This document shows positions 50,597-60,122 of a stretch of DNA of 64,000 nucleotides, piece by piece. The position numbers and the translations under genes were made by a program. The stretch covers positions 196,818 through 260,817 of the forward strand of contig CAVYQZ010000006.1 in NCBI GenBank assembly GCA_963770755.1, in the 5' to 3' direction. The stretch's first letter is position 1, and each line of letters opens with the position of its first letter. The notes under the pieces were generated by a model. The model made no database searches and had not been told where the DNA came from. It was given only the letters and a program-made list of their open reading frames with translations. This DNA is from Candidatus Aminicenantes bacterium. Lineage in GTDB: Bacteria > Acidobacteriota > Aminicenantia > UBA2199.

Positions 50597-51588
50597 GAAT
50601 CCTAGTTACCGGAGCCACAGGCTTTGTTGGTGCGGTGCTCATGCCAGAGTTGGTACGCGATCATGGCAGTGAGAACCTGACCGCCCTGGTCTTGCCTGGC
50701 GACCGCATCCCGCCAAGCTGGTCTGGTCTCGGCGTGGATATCATTTTCGGCGATATCGCCGATGCGGCGGCAGTCAGAGCCGCGATTGCCGGGCACAGTC
50801 ATGTCATCCACCTGGCCGGCCTTATTTCCTATTGGCAGCGCGACCGCCAACTCCTTGAGCGGGTCAACCGCGAGGGGGTACGCTGCGTGGTCGAGGCTTG
50901 CCTGGCGGAAAAAGTGAAGCGATTGGTGCATATCAGCTCGGTGGGCGCTATCGGTTTTCATCGCGATGGCACTCCGGCTGACGAAGAGACGCCTTTCAAC
51001 TGGCCCGACAGCCTGCCCTACATGACTTCCAAGCGTGACGGACAGTTGGTGGTCGAAGCGGCCGTGCAGAAGCGCGGCTTGGAAGCGGTAATCCTCAATC
51101 CGGCTTCGATCATGGGACCCGGCGATCATGCTGTGCAAACTCCGCACAACCGGCTTTATCGCTCCATTTACTATGGCCCCCTCTTGGGCTCGTTCCGCGG
51201 CGGCTTGGCGGTGGTCGATGTACGCGACCTGACGGCCATTATACGCAAAGCGCTGACCGGAGGCCGGGCGGGCGAGAAATACCTGGTTATTGGCGCCAAT
51301 CTGCCCTATGCGGAAGTGATCCGTCAAGTCAGCCGCTGCTGCGGACGCAAGGCCTATCCCTTCATGGTGCCGGCGGCGCTGATAACCGCCGCCGGCGGCA
51401 TATTGGAGATTGCCAGCCGTTTCAGCGGCAAGAGGCCGTTGTTGACGGCAGCGTACGGAAGGCTGAGCGGTTGGTTCGCCTATTATGACAACAGCAAGAG
51501 CCGACGCGAGTTCGGCCACAAGTATATTCCGGTTGAACAAACGATCCGCGACGGCTGGGAATTTTATCGACAGAACTTCGTCAATTAA
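50593..51588 (+). CDS. NAD(P)-dependent epimerase/dehydratase-family (extended SDR) protein, paralog 3
   Basis: GTG start overlapping upstream stop (GTGA), GGAGG RBS; VRILVTGATGFVGAVL; YMTSK. Confidence 0.75.
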   Translation: MRILVTGATGFVGAVLMPELVRDHGSENLTALVLPGDRIPPSWSGLGVDIIFGDIADAAAVRAAIAGHSHVIHLAGLISYWQRDRQLLERVNREGVRCVVEACLAEKVKRLVHISSVGAIGFHRDGTPADEETPFNWPDSLPYMTSKRDGQLVVEAAVQKRGLEAVILNPASIMGPGDHAVQTPHNRLYRSIYYGPLLGSFRGGLAVVDVRDLTAIIRKALTGGRAGEKYLVIGANLPYAEVIRQVSRCCGRKAYPFMVPAALITAAGGILEIASRFSGKRPLLTAAYGRLSGWFAYYDNSKSRREFGHKYIPVEQTIRDGWEFYRQNFVN

Positions 51589-51667
51589 ATTAAGAAGCGG
51601 TCGGACCGGGAAACAAATCTTTCCGATATCCGTACACAAGGAAGGAGAAGTTCATTATGGAGGTCAT

Positions 51668-52147
51668 ATGAAAAGAAAAGGTTTGAAAATAGTTTTTGCG
51701 GGACTGGTCATCGCCGGTCTGGCAGCGATTTGTCTGCATTCGCAAACAATCGAGAACGATCAAGCCTGGAAACGGTTTAAAAAAATGCGCGTCCGCGCCG
51801 GGGTGATGATCAGCAAGGGCAGGCCCAACTATACCGAGGCCTACGTGCGCCTGACCGATATCCGCGCCATAATCGAAGATGCCGGAATCTTGGAGCCGGT
51901 GACCATCCTGTTGTATTCCGATTTCGGGACCAAAATCTTCCTCGGCACCTATGCGCCGGTCATCACCGCCAAGGAGGGAGGCGGGCAAAAGATCACATTT
52001 CCGACTATTCCCAATGCCTTTCTGGTGACCCGGGCTCTCAGCTTTCAGCTTGGCGACCTCTATCCCTTTCACTTCCTGGACCGCTCCGGGAAAGTCAGGG
52101 CCATAATCCGTATCCGGTTGATGGGCGACATAGAAAAGGCTTTTTAG
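51668..52147 (+). CDS. Hypothetical secreted/anchored protein
   Basis: MKRKGLKIVFAGLVIAGLAAICL; GGAGG RBS; ORF track from 51485. Confidence 0.45.
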   Translation: MKRKGLKIVFAGLVIAGLAAICLHSQTIENDQAWKRFKKMRVRAGVMISKGRPNYTEAYVRLTDIRAIIEDAGILEPVTILLYSDFGTKIFLGTYAPVITAKEGGGQKITFPTIPNAFLVTRALSFQLGDLYPFHFLDRSGKVRAIIRIRLMGDIEKAF

Positions 52148-52236
52148 CGCCGAATCATGACGCTGCCGGACCGAAAACCGGTTTGCCCCATTGATTACAT
52201 TTAATTTGATATTTGGCGTCTTTTGGTAATTGAAGA

Positions 52237-54024
52237 ATGTTGATGAAATATTTGTTTCTTTTTTTGTATTTTTTACCCTTTCTCTGCCCTGCCGACGTTT
52301 CAGCTGCAGTACCTTTCGACCTTTCTGAAAAAAACATCATCTCATTGGGAAACTGGGAAATCCGTGCTGGAGATCTGCCGCCATGGAATGCTGATTCCGG
52401 AGCAGAGTCCTCCTGGAGCCCGGTTATTTTCTGGAAAGTCCCGCCGGATGGATCGGGGAGTGGACCGCGTGGCCGTTTCTGGTTACGGACCTCCATAACC
52501 TTGCGGGGGGGAAAAGACGAAACGGACCATTTGGCATTGTTTTTTTTCAAAATCCCATCGGCCTTTGAAGTTTTCTGGGACGGTGAGTTGATAACCGCGA
52601 ACGGCCGCTTGGGCAAGGATCGCCTCGAAGAGATCCCGGGAAAAGTGCGCGGGTTCATTCGTCTTCCCGGTAACAAAGCCACCGTGGGCCTGCACCAGCT
52701 TGCGCTGCGTGTATCCAATTTTCATATCCGGAAAAAGGCTCATGAATTCAGGATTATCTTCGGCTATAACTCAACCCTGACCGAAAGACTCAGCAAAAAA
52801 AAAGAAGAAAACCTTCTCTATATGGGACTTTTTTTGACTGCGACCCTGTTCTCTCTCTTTTTGTTCTTGGGAGGATGGCGATATTTCCCTGCTATATTCT
52901 TCAGCGTTTTTACGATTTTCCAGATAATGGACAATTTTTGGGCTTACTTACTGCGCACGGACATTCTGAATGTATCTCTTTTTTATCGGCTGAATCCGGT
53001 TCTGTTTTCCGCCAATAATTTTTCTTTTCTGCCTCTCAATCTTTTCATTATCTGGCACCTGGAGATTCCGCGCCGAAAAACACTTTCCTGGATATTGTTC
53101 GTTATTTCACTGCTGCAGGTTTTTATCCTGTTCATATTCCATTGGAATTTCTGGCAGCTGGATTTCGCGGTGGCTTTTATCATATTGGCATTGATTCTAC
53201 GGCAATTCCGGCGGAGAATAATCGGCAGTGGACCGGCGCTAATCGGGTACGGAGTCTTTTTTGGCAATTGGCTGGCGGCTGCGCTGGTGCCGCTACTGCC
53301 TTTTTTCTCATTCAATAGTACTGAAAAGCCTTTTGTTTCCCTGATGCCCAGTTCCATTTTTCTGGTCGCCTTGATGGGTTCGGTTACCGTGAAAATGAGG
53401 GAGCAATTCCGCGCTCTAGATGCCCTGCGCCTGCGTTCGCAAAGACTTGAGGCGGAACTGCTGAAAAAATCGATCCAGCCTCATTTCATCATGAATACCC
53501 TGTTGTCGATCAAATCGTTCCTGGGCCGAGACAGCAGCAAGGCCGAAAAAATGATCGATGCCCTGGCCGGAGAATTCCGGCTTATCAACCGTATCGCGGC
53601 GGCATTGGAAATTCCATTGCAGGATGAATTGAATTTATGTCGCCTTCATCTCGAGGTGATGGGATTTCGTCGGGATGCCCGCTATACGTTAAAGGTAGAA
53701 GGAGAGCCGAGCGCTTTTTCCATTCCGCCCATGATCCTGCATACACTGATTGAAAATGGTTTGACCCATGCGTTCAAGCCAAGGGAAAACGGGATTTTTC
53801 GATTTGCTTGCAAAAGAGAGGGGCATAAAATTGTATATCGTCTTGAAAACGACGGCTCGAACCTGGCTGAAATGCTCAAGGAAGAAGGGGTGAAAGTTGA
53901 AGAAGGCATGGGCATGAAGTATGTCCGGGCCAGGCTGGATGAAGCGTACAACGGGAAATGGCGCCTTGATTATGGCTTGAGCCGGGGCAAGTGGTTTGTG
54001 CAAATTGAAAAAGGGGATGCATGA
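52237..54024 (+). CDS. Sensor histidine kinase, 7TMR-DISM extracellular + 7TM + LytS/YehU-type His_kinase + HATPase
   Basis: Secreted N-terminal domain, 7 TM helices, QPHFIMNTLLSIKSFL His_kinase motif. Confidence 0.8.
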   Translation: MLMKYLFLFLYFLPFLCPADVSAAVPFDLSEKNIISLGNWEIRAGDLPPWNADSGAESSWSPVIFWKVPPDGSGSGPRGRFWLRTSITLRGGKDETDHLALFFFKIPSAFEVFWDGELITANGRLGKDRLEEIPGKVRGFIRLPGNKATVGLHQLALRVSNFHIRKKAHEFRIIFGYNSTLTERLSKKKEENLLYMGLFLTATLFSLFLFLGGWRYFPAIFFSVFTIFQIMDNFWAYLLRTDILNVSLFYRLNPVLFSANNFSFLPLNLFIIWHLEIPRRKTLSWILFVISLLQVFILFIFHWNFWQLDFAVAFIILALILRQFRRRIIGSGPALIGYGVFFGNWLAAALVPLLPFFSFNSTEKPFVSLMPSSIFLVALMGSVTVKMREQFRALDALRLRSQRLEAELLKKSIQPHFIMNTLLSIKSFLGRDSSKAEKMIDALAGEFRLINRIAAALEIPLQDELNLCRLHLEVMGFRRDARYTLKVEGEPSAFSIPPMILHTLIENGLTHAFKPRENGIFRFACKREGHKIVYRLENDGSNLAEMLKEEGVKVEEGMGMKYVRARLDEAYNGKWRLDYGLSRGKWFVQIEKGDA

Positions 54025-54716
54025 GGATATTAATTGTCGAGGATGAACCGCCCATCGCCGAGTATATTGAACGGTGCACCCGTTTGCTGCTCAAGGGGAG
54101 TATTCGCCGCATTGATGCGGTTTATTCCCTGGAAGAGGCCCGGCTTTTTCTGCGAAAAAACAAGATTGACCTCTGCCTGCTCGATTTGAACCTCAGCGGC
54201 ACTGATGGTTACGATCTTTTAAAACAGGCGCTGGCCATGCCGTTTCAGAGCATTATCATTTCCGCCCATACTGAAAAAGCGGTCAGCGCATTTGAATACG
54301 GAGTCATTGATTTTGTTCCCAAACCGTTCACGATCGAACGGCTGCAAAAGGCCTTTGACCGCTATCTGGATAAAAGTTCCGCCCCTTCCCAAATGAAATA
54401 CCTGGTTTACCGCCTGGGCAAAGAAAACCGCCTGCTGGCCGTGGACGATGTCGTTTTTTTCAAGGCGATCAGGATTTTTGTCGAGGCCTATCTTGGCGAT
54501 GGACGAAAAGTGCTCCTGGACAAGCATTTAAACCAGCTCGAGCATGTTTTATCCGCCGACTTCATCCGAGTCCATCGTTCCTATATGGTGAACATCCATC
54601 ATTTTGACTGCTATCAGCATTCCGGGGAGAGCCGATACCGTCTGCAGCTGAAAGATGGAACAGTTTTGCCGGTCAGCCGCTACCGATATCCGGCGCTGAA
54701 GGAGATACTGAAATAA
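54021..54716 (+). CDS. LytTR-family response regulator (REC + LytTR DNA-binding)
   Basis: MRILIVEDEP...DLCLLDLNL REC; C-terminal LytTR FIRVHRSYMVNIHH. Confidence 0.85.
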   Translation: MRILIVEDEPPIAEYIERCTRLLLKGSIRRIDAVYSLEEARLFLRKNKIDLCLLDLNLSGTDGYDLLKQALAMPFQSIIISAHTEKAVSAFEYGVIDFVPKPFTIERLQKAFDRYLDKSSAPSQMKYLVYRLGKENRLLAVDDVVFFKAIRIFVEAYLGDGRKVLLDKHLNQLEHVLSADFIRVHRSYMVNIHHFDCYQHSGESRYRLQLKDGTVLPVSRYRYPALKEILK

Positions 54717-54780
54717 TGGATTTTTTGCGACTTTTTGCAGACGATGTCCGAAAATCAGTCAAATAATCAATCGTTTTTGA

Positions 54781-54809
54781 CCATTGGGAATGGCATATCG
54801 CCATTGGGA
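54781..54809 (+). promoter_or_regulatory. Direct repeat CCATTGGGA-N11-CCATTGGGA; candidate LytTR operator
   Basis: Two identical 9-mers 20 bp start-to-start, read directly, between the LytTR gene and CDS 55012. Confidence 0.4.
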
Positions 54810-55011
54810 TGAAAAAACGGTCTCTTCATGAATACTCACCGTATTACAATCAGATACCTTGGAAGCCGGTCTACCGGTCTTTATTTAATGGCTAGTGATG
54901 AAATTAGTTTTTTGAGGCAAGGAACACACGGACCGGCGGCAGCCTGCCCGCTGCAGCCGGGGTTTTAATGTAACAGCGAATTGACTTTATATAGAAAAGG
55001 AGGCAAAACCC

Positions 55012-56904
55012 ATGATGAAAATTAAAACGGTTTGGATGCTGGCGATCTTTCTGGGATTAACGGCAGGCATGCAAACAATGACAGCCCAGGTCGAAAAAAG
55101 AGATTTTTCAGCCGAGCAATGGGAATTGAAAAATGCACGTATCGTAGAAAAATTCGGCCGGACCTGCCTTGTCGGCAGTGCTTTTCTGAAAGGATGCCAG
55201 TTCAGTGACGGTATCATCGAGGTCGACATCTATATGCTTGCCGACCGTCGCGCCTACCCCGGGGTCCTGTTTCGCGTTCACGATGAAGAGAACTATGAGC
55301 GCGTTTATCTCCGGCCTCATCGCGCCCCTTTTTACGGCGACGCCGTGCAGTATCTGCCTGCCTTTAACGGTGCGGACAGCTGGCAGTTGTATAACGGCGA
55401 TGGCGTGACTTCCAGTGCGAACATTCCCAAGGGGGACTGGGTAACCCTAAAAATTGAAGTCCTGGGGACGCAGGCCAGGGTATTTCTGGGAGAATCCACC
55501 CAGCCCGTGCTCGAGGTTAACGAACTTGCTTGGGGAAAAAGCGCCGGGACTATCGGGCTGATGACCGGGATGGATGGGGCTACATTTTTTTCCAATTTTC
55601 GCATGGGCACGGACCCAGGGCTTCATTTTGCTTCCGTCCCGCCGGCCGACAATCCTCCGGGCATGATCCGTGATTGGCAGATGTCGCAATCGTTCAGGTA
55701 TAACCAGATTGATATGGACAGATATCCGGATGCGGCTATCCTGAAACAGTTGCAATGGCGGCCGATACAATGCACGGCCAACGGCATGGTTGATTTCTCC
55801 CGGAATCTCCGGCGTCAGGGACCTGAACCGGAAACGGTGCTGGCGCGTGCGATGATCCACTCGGATTCGAAATGCCTAAAAAAGTACAATTTCGGTTACA
55901 GTGACCTGGTCACTGTTTTTCTGAACGGCCGTCCCTTATTTTCGGGGAACAGCGCCTACCGCTCCCGTGAGAGTTCCTTCCTGGGGGTGGTCGGTCCCGC
56001 AGATTCTCTTTTCCTGCCTCTGCAAAAGGGTAAAAACGAACTGTTGCTGATGGTCGCCGAAGTGATGGGCGGCTGGGGATTTCTAGTTCAGGATGCCGCC
56101 GCCGTGGTTCAAAGCAAAGACTTGACGAAAGCCTGGGAAACGGCGAAAACATTCGCCGTGCCCGAATCGGCGGCCTGGGACAGCCGGAGCCATGTTTTTT
56201 ATGTGTCCAATTACGACGGGTACCACCGCAGCCAGGCCGAAGGCCGGCAGACCATCGCCCGTATTTCCGCTGACGGGAAGATTGTCGAACCGCGTTGGCT
56301 GGAAGGGCTGTTTAATCCGACCGGATTGGCCGTTCACCAGGACCGGCTCTTTGCCGTCGAGCGCCGTGCGGTCGCCGTCATTGATATCAAAAATAAAAAA
56401 ATCCTCAGCCGCATCGATCTGCCCGGTGCCATTTTCCCAAATGATATTGCCATTGACCCGGCCGGGACACTATACATCTCCGATTCGGCAGCCCATGCCA
56501 TTTTTCGCGTGATGGGCGAAACAGCCGAGGTTTGGCTGCAGGGGGGTGAGATAGTCAATCCCAATGGTCTTTGCCTGCTGGAGAATGAACTCCTGGTCGG
56601 CAACAACGGCGACCGCTCCTTGAAAGCCGTGGTTGTCGCATCCAAGCAGGTACGGACTGTGACCCGATTCCGCTCCGGCATCATCGATGGCATTGCCGTG
56701 GATGGTCGAGGCAACATACTCTTGTCGCATAATGAAGGCCGCCTGTATCGAATCGGCAAAGACGGGATTTCCGAAAAGATACTCGATACCACTGTGATCG
56801 GCACCAATCTGGCCGATTTTGCTTTTGACTCGAAAAAGGGCCTGTTGCTGTTCCCTACATTTTTAGGAAATTCACTGGTTGCCTATCAACTGAAACAGGA
56901 TTGA
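55012..56904 (+). CDS. Secreted protein: N-terminal DUF1080 (3-keto-disaccharide hydrolase-like jellyroll) + C-terminal six-bladed beta-propeller (SMP-30/gluconolactonase/NHL-like)
   Basis: Signal MMKIKTVWMLAIFLGLTAGMQTMTA; FSDGIIEVDIYML..YPGVLFRVHDEENYERVYLRP typical of DUF1080; repeated GxxVDxxGNIxxS-type blades at C-terminus. Confidence 0.55.
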   Translation: MMKIKTVWMLAIFLGLTAGMQTMTAQVEKRDFSAEQWELKNARIVEKFGRTCLVGSAFLKGCQFSDGIIEVDIYMLADRRAYPGVLFRVHDEENYERVYLRPHRAPFYGDAVQYLPAFNGADSWQLYNGDGVTSSANIPKGDWVTLKIEVLGTQARVFLGESTQPVLEVNELAWGKSAGTIGLMTGMDGATFFSNFRMGTDPGLHFASVPPADNPPGMIRDWQMSQSFRYNQIDMDRYPDAAILKQLQWRPIQCTANGMVDFSRNLRRQGPEPETVLARAMIHSDSKCLKKYNFGYSDLVTVFLNGRPLFSGNSAYRSRESSFLGVVGPADSLFLPLQKGKNELLLMVAEVMGGWGFLVQDAAAVVQSKDLTKAWETAKTFAVPESAAWDSRSHVFYVSNYDGYHRSQAEGRQTIARISADGKIVEPRWLEGLFNPTGLAVHQDRLFAVERRAVAVIDIKNKKILSRIDLPGAIFPNDIAIDPAGTLYISDSAAHAIFRVMGETAEVWLQGGEIVNPNGLCLLENELLVGNNGDRSLKAVVVASKQVRTVTRFRSGIIDGIAVDGRGNILLSHNEGRLYRIGKDGISEKILDTTVIGTNLADFAFDSKKGLLLFPTFLGNSLVAYQLKQD

Positions 56905-56940
56905 ACACGGGTGCGGTTATCTGTTCGAAAAGATCAACAC

Positions 56941-58134
56941 ATGAAAAAAAACATAATAATTTTACTGGCAGCGGCGATTTGTTGCGCTGTGCTGGCGGCG
57001 ACTCCGGATTCGTCCATCCATGAAGCGGCCAAAGCGGGGAATCTGGAGCAGATAAAAAAAATATTGGCTCTCGACAACAAGCAGTTGAATGCAAAGGATT
57101 CACTTGGTTATACGCCGCTCCATTGGTCCCTGATCCGGGCGCAATGGCAGACAGCGGCCTGCCTTCTTGATGAGGGCGCCGATCCGATGCTGACCGGCAG
57201 TGACGGCGCCACGACGTTGCATTGCGCCGCCAATCACGACAACGCCGAGATCATTGTACGGCTGACAGCCAAAGGCGTTGATCCGAACGTCAAAAACATC
57301 TGGGGCAATACGCCGCTGGCGCTGACCGTTCAACGCGGCTGCGCCAATACGGCCCGAGCGCTGATCGCCCATGGCGCCGACATCCAGGCGCAAACCGAGG
57401 AAGGATGGACACCGTTGCACTTGGCGTATCGCAGCGGTCAACCGCTGCTGCGAGAAATCCTAATCAAACTAGGGGCCGATGTACAAGCCCGGGACAGGGC
57501 GAACAAAAAACCGGTCGATCTGAACTTTGTCCGTCCCAGCCGCTGCCCAATTCCTCCGGAAAGATATGCTGAATACACCGGTGAGTATGACATGGGAGAC
57601 GGATTCAAGGTCAAGGTTTTCCGGGATGGAAACAAGCTCATGCTCGAGGATTATGCTCAGGATGAGATTTATCCCATCGCCCCCGACACCTTTTATGATC
57701 GCTTTGAGCCATGGCGGATCAGGTTCTTCCGCGACCGCGCCAACCGGGTGGATAAAATCGTCCTTGATTTTCAAACCCTGACCGTGATCGGCAGGAAGGC
57801 GCTCCCGCCTGGCGAAACAGCTGTCCGGGTGCGGTTGGGGGTGGGCACGAGGGCCCTGGCGACTGGAGATGCCCCGGATGAACTGCTGAAGAGATTGTTT
57901 TTTGAATGGCAGGCAAATGCCCAGTCCCAACTGGTGACCCAGGTTGCCCCGGGTTCGAGCGCGGAAAAAGCCGGCCTGCTGGTCGGGGATATTATCCTCG
58001 AGTTCAACAACACCGCGTTGCGTGAACCGCTGGACCTGCGACGGCTGCTGATGGATGTCACCCCCGCCGACCGGGTCCCTGTGAAAATATGCCGTTCGGG
58101 CGGGATCCGCTACCTGACGGTGCGTTTTGAATGA
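56941..58134 (+). CDS. Secreted ankyrin-repeat protein with C-terminal PDZ domain
   Basis: Signal MKKNIIILLAAAICCAVLAA; about 5 ANK repeats (GYTPLHWS.., GATTLHCAA.., GNTPLALTV.., GWTPLHLAY..); PDZ GLLVGDIILEFNN. Confidence 0.7.
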   Translation: MKKNIIILLAAAICCAVLAATPDSSIHEAAKAGNLEQIKKILALDNKQLNAKDSLGYTPLHWSLIRAQWQTAACLLDEGADPMLTGSDGATTLHCAANHDNAEIIVRLTAKGVDPNVKNIWGNTPLALTVQRGCANTARALIAHGADIQAQTEEGWTPLHLAYRSGQPLLREILIKLGADVQARDRANKKPVDLNFVRPSRCPIPPERYAEYTGEYDMGDGFKVKVFRDGNKLMLEDYAQDEIYPIAPDTFYDRFEPWRIRFFRDRANRVDKIVLDFQTLTVIGRKALPPGETAVRVRLGVGTRALATGDAPDELLKRLFFEWQANAQSQLVTQVAPGSSAEKAGLLVGDIILEFNNTALREPLDLRRLLMDVTPADRVPVKICRSGGIRYLTVRFE

Positions 58135-58188
58135 ATGATGTAATGTGAGCGACCCGGCGTATCAAAAAATTATGAATTCATCATTCAT

Positions 58189-58500
58189 GTGATCGTGAAT
58201 CTGCCTGATCCGCAAACCAAGAAATCACTGGCGCAGATTCATGAATCGTTGGTCATCGCCTATCTGGCCGCCAATCTGAATTTCAGGCAAATACCCCTGA
58301 AAGAATTCATGGATAATTTTGAAAAAAAAATACTGCTTGCTTCTCTGCATCAAACCAACGGCAGCCAGAAAAAAGCCGCTGTGATGTTAAGCCTCAAGCC
58401 TACCGCCCTATTCGAAAAAATGCGCAAACATGGACTCAGCGGAAGGCGAAAGAAATTATCCGAAAAAACTGCAGCGGAGCATATTCAAAAAAAGGAATAA
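58189..58500 (+). CDS. Small orphan Fis-type HTH protein
   Basis: LKEFMDNFEKKILLASLHQTNGSQKKAAVMLSLKPTALFEKMRKHGL resembles the C-terminal HTH_8 of sigma-54 activators/Fis. Confidence 0.4.
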   Translation: MIVNLPDPQTKKSLAQIHESLVIAYLAANLNFRQIPLKEFMDNFEKKILLASLHQTNGSQKKAAVMLSLKPTALFEKMRKHGLSGRRKKLSEKTAAEHIQKKE

Positions 58501-58581
58501 TAAACATCTCAAGGGGATATTTACTGGGTCGATGCGGGAATTGTAGAAGAATGCAAATTGAGGGAATAACGAGGTGGAGTA

Positions 58582-60081
58582 ATGGGCAAAAACTTGGTTC
58601 GCATTAGAATTCTCTTGTTCCTCGCATTCCTTGCTCTTTGCTGTCATGCAAGCGGTGACGATGCCCAAAAAAAGGAAAAAAACATTCAAGCCCTGATGCG
58701 CTATCTTGCCGATAATGATATGTTTAACGGAGCCGTACTGGTGGCGAATAAAGGGGAGATCTTATACCAGAAAGCTTTTGGCTTCGCGAACCTTGAAAAC
58801 GGAGAAAAACTAAAATTACATTCTGTTTTTTGTATCGGCTCCGTTGCCAAACAATTCACCGCCATGGCGATCATGATACTCAAGGAACGGAAGCAGCTTG
58901 CTTACAAGGACAAGCTCGCACAATTTTTTCCTCAAATTGAGAATTCTGAAATGATCACGCTGCGGCAGCTTCTGACTCACACGTCCGGATTGAAAAGAGG
59001 CATTGATTTTCCCGAACTGAAAGTCAACGGCGGTTTGCGTGATGGAATTACAAACCAGGATGTGTTTGACGGAATGACCAAACACAAGGTATTTGACTTC
59101 ATGCCCGGCGAAAAATATTCTTACAGTAATTACGGCTATATCCTGCTGGCCATGGTTGTTGAAAAAGTATCCGGGCTGTCTTTTCCCGAATTTATGAAGC
59201 GTTTTGTTTTCGATCCCTTGAAAATGGAAAATTCGTTTGCCATAGATAAAAATGCGAGCCAAGCGACGCCTCGCGCCATAGGCTATGATATATTCAATGA
59301 AAAAAATGATTTCAACATATTCACGAACGGACCCGGAGGGATTTTTTCCACGGTGGAAGACCTGTTTAGATGGGACCAGGGACTGTATACTGAAAAACTT
59401 GTGTCGCAAGAAACATTGAATGACGCATTTGCTTCCGGCTTGCTTAACAACGGAAAATCGTCACGTACATTAAGCGATTCCACCTGGGGTTATGGGTTCG
59501 GCTGGTTGTTGAGAAAAAATAATTCCGAAAACATTGTCTGGCATGATGGGGGCTTTAACGGATTCAGCGCCGTCTTCTATCGAGAATTGAACAAGAAAAT
59601 TTGCATTGTCATTTTATGCAATAAGGGGCAAATGGGGGCAAATGCCCCCGTCTATGCGGTTCACGAGGCCTTGCTGAAAATTCTTAAAGGTGAATCGTGC
59701 GAATTGCCCAAAATCCCCATCCTGATAAAAATGCATGACATGATTGAAAAAAAAGGCCTTAAAAAATCTTTGGCCACGTATCATGCGCTAAAAAATAAAA
59801 AGACCAATAACTATGATTTTTCTGTCAATCAATTAAACAATCTCGGTTACTTCTATTTGGGTAAAAAAAACTTCGTTGATGCCATAGCAATTTTCAAGCT
59901 TAATACGGAAATATATCCGGCTAACGCCAACACCTTCGATTCGCTCGGCGAAGCGTACATGAAAAACGGCCAGGATGACCTGGCAATCATAAATTACGAA
60001 AAATCGTTGGTGCTGAACCCGGAAAATAAAAATGCCGAAGACATGTTGAAAAAACTGCATGGATTGTCTGCGAATGAATAG
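58582..60081 (+). CDS. Beta-lactamase-family serine hydrolase with C-terminal TPR module, paralog A
   Basis: SVAKQFTAMAI (SxxK), YSNYGY, signal peptide, C-terminal FDSLGEAYMKNGQDDLAIINYEKSL. Confidence 0.8.
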   Translation: MGKNLVRIRILLFLAFLALCCHASGDDAQKKEKNIQALMRYLADNDMFNGAVLVANKGEILYQKAFGFANLENGEKLKLHSVFCIGSVAKQFTAMAIMILKERKQLAYKDKLAQFFPQIENSEMITLRQLLTHTSGLKRGIDFPELKVNGGLRDGITNQDVFDGMTKHKVFDFMPGEKYSYSNYGYILLAMVVEKVSGLSFPEFMKRFVFDPLKMENSFAIDKNASQATPRAIGYDIFNEKNDFNIFTNGPGGIFSTVEDLFRWDQGLYTEKLVSQETLNDAFASGLLNNGKSSRTLSDSTWGYGFGWLLRKNNSENIVWHDGGFNGFSAVFYRELNKKICIVILCNKGQMGANAPVYAVHEALLKILKGESCELPKIPILIKMHDMIEKKGLKKSLATYHALKNKKTNNYDFSVNQLNNLGYFYLGKKNFVDAIAIFKLNTEIYPANANTFDSLGEAYMKNGQDDLAIINYEKSLVLNPENKNAEDMLKKLHGLSANE

Positions 60082-60122
60082 AAATTAAATAAAATTATTG
60101 TGATAATCAGGGGAGTGAGAAA

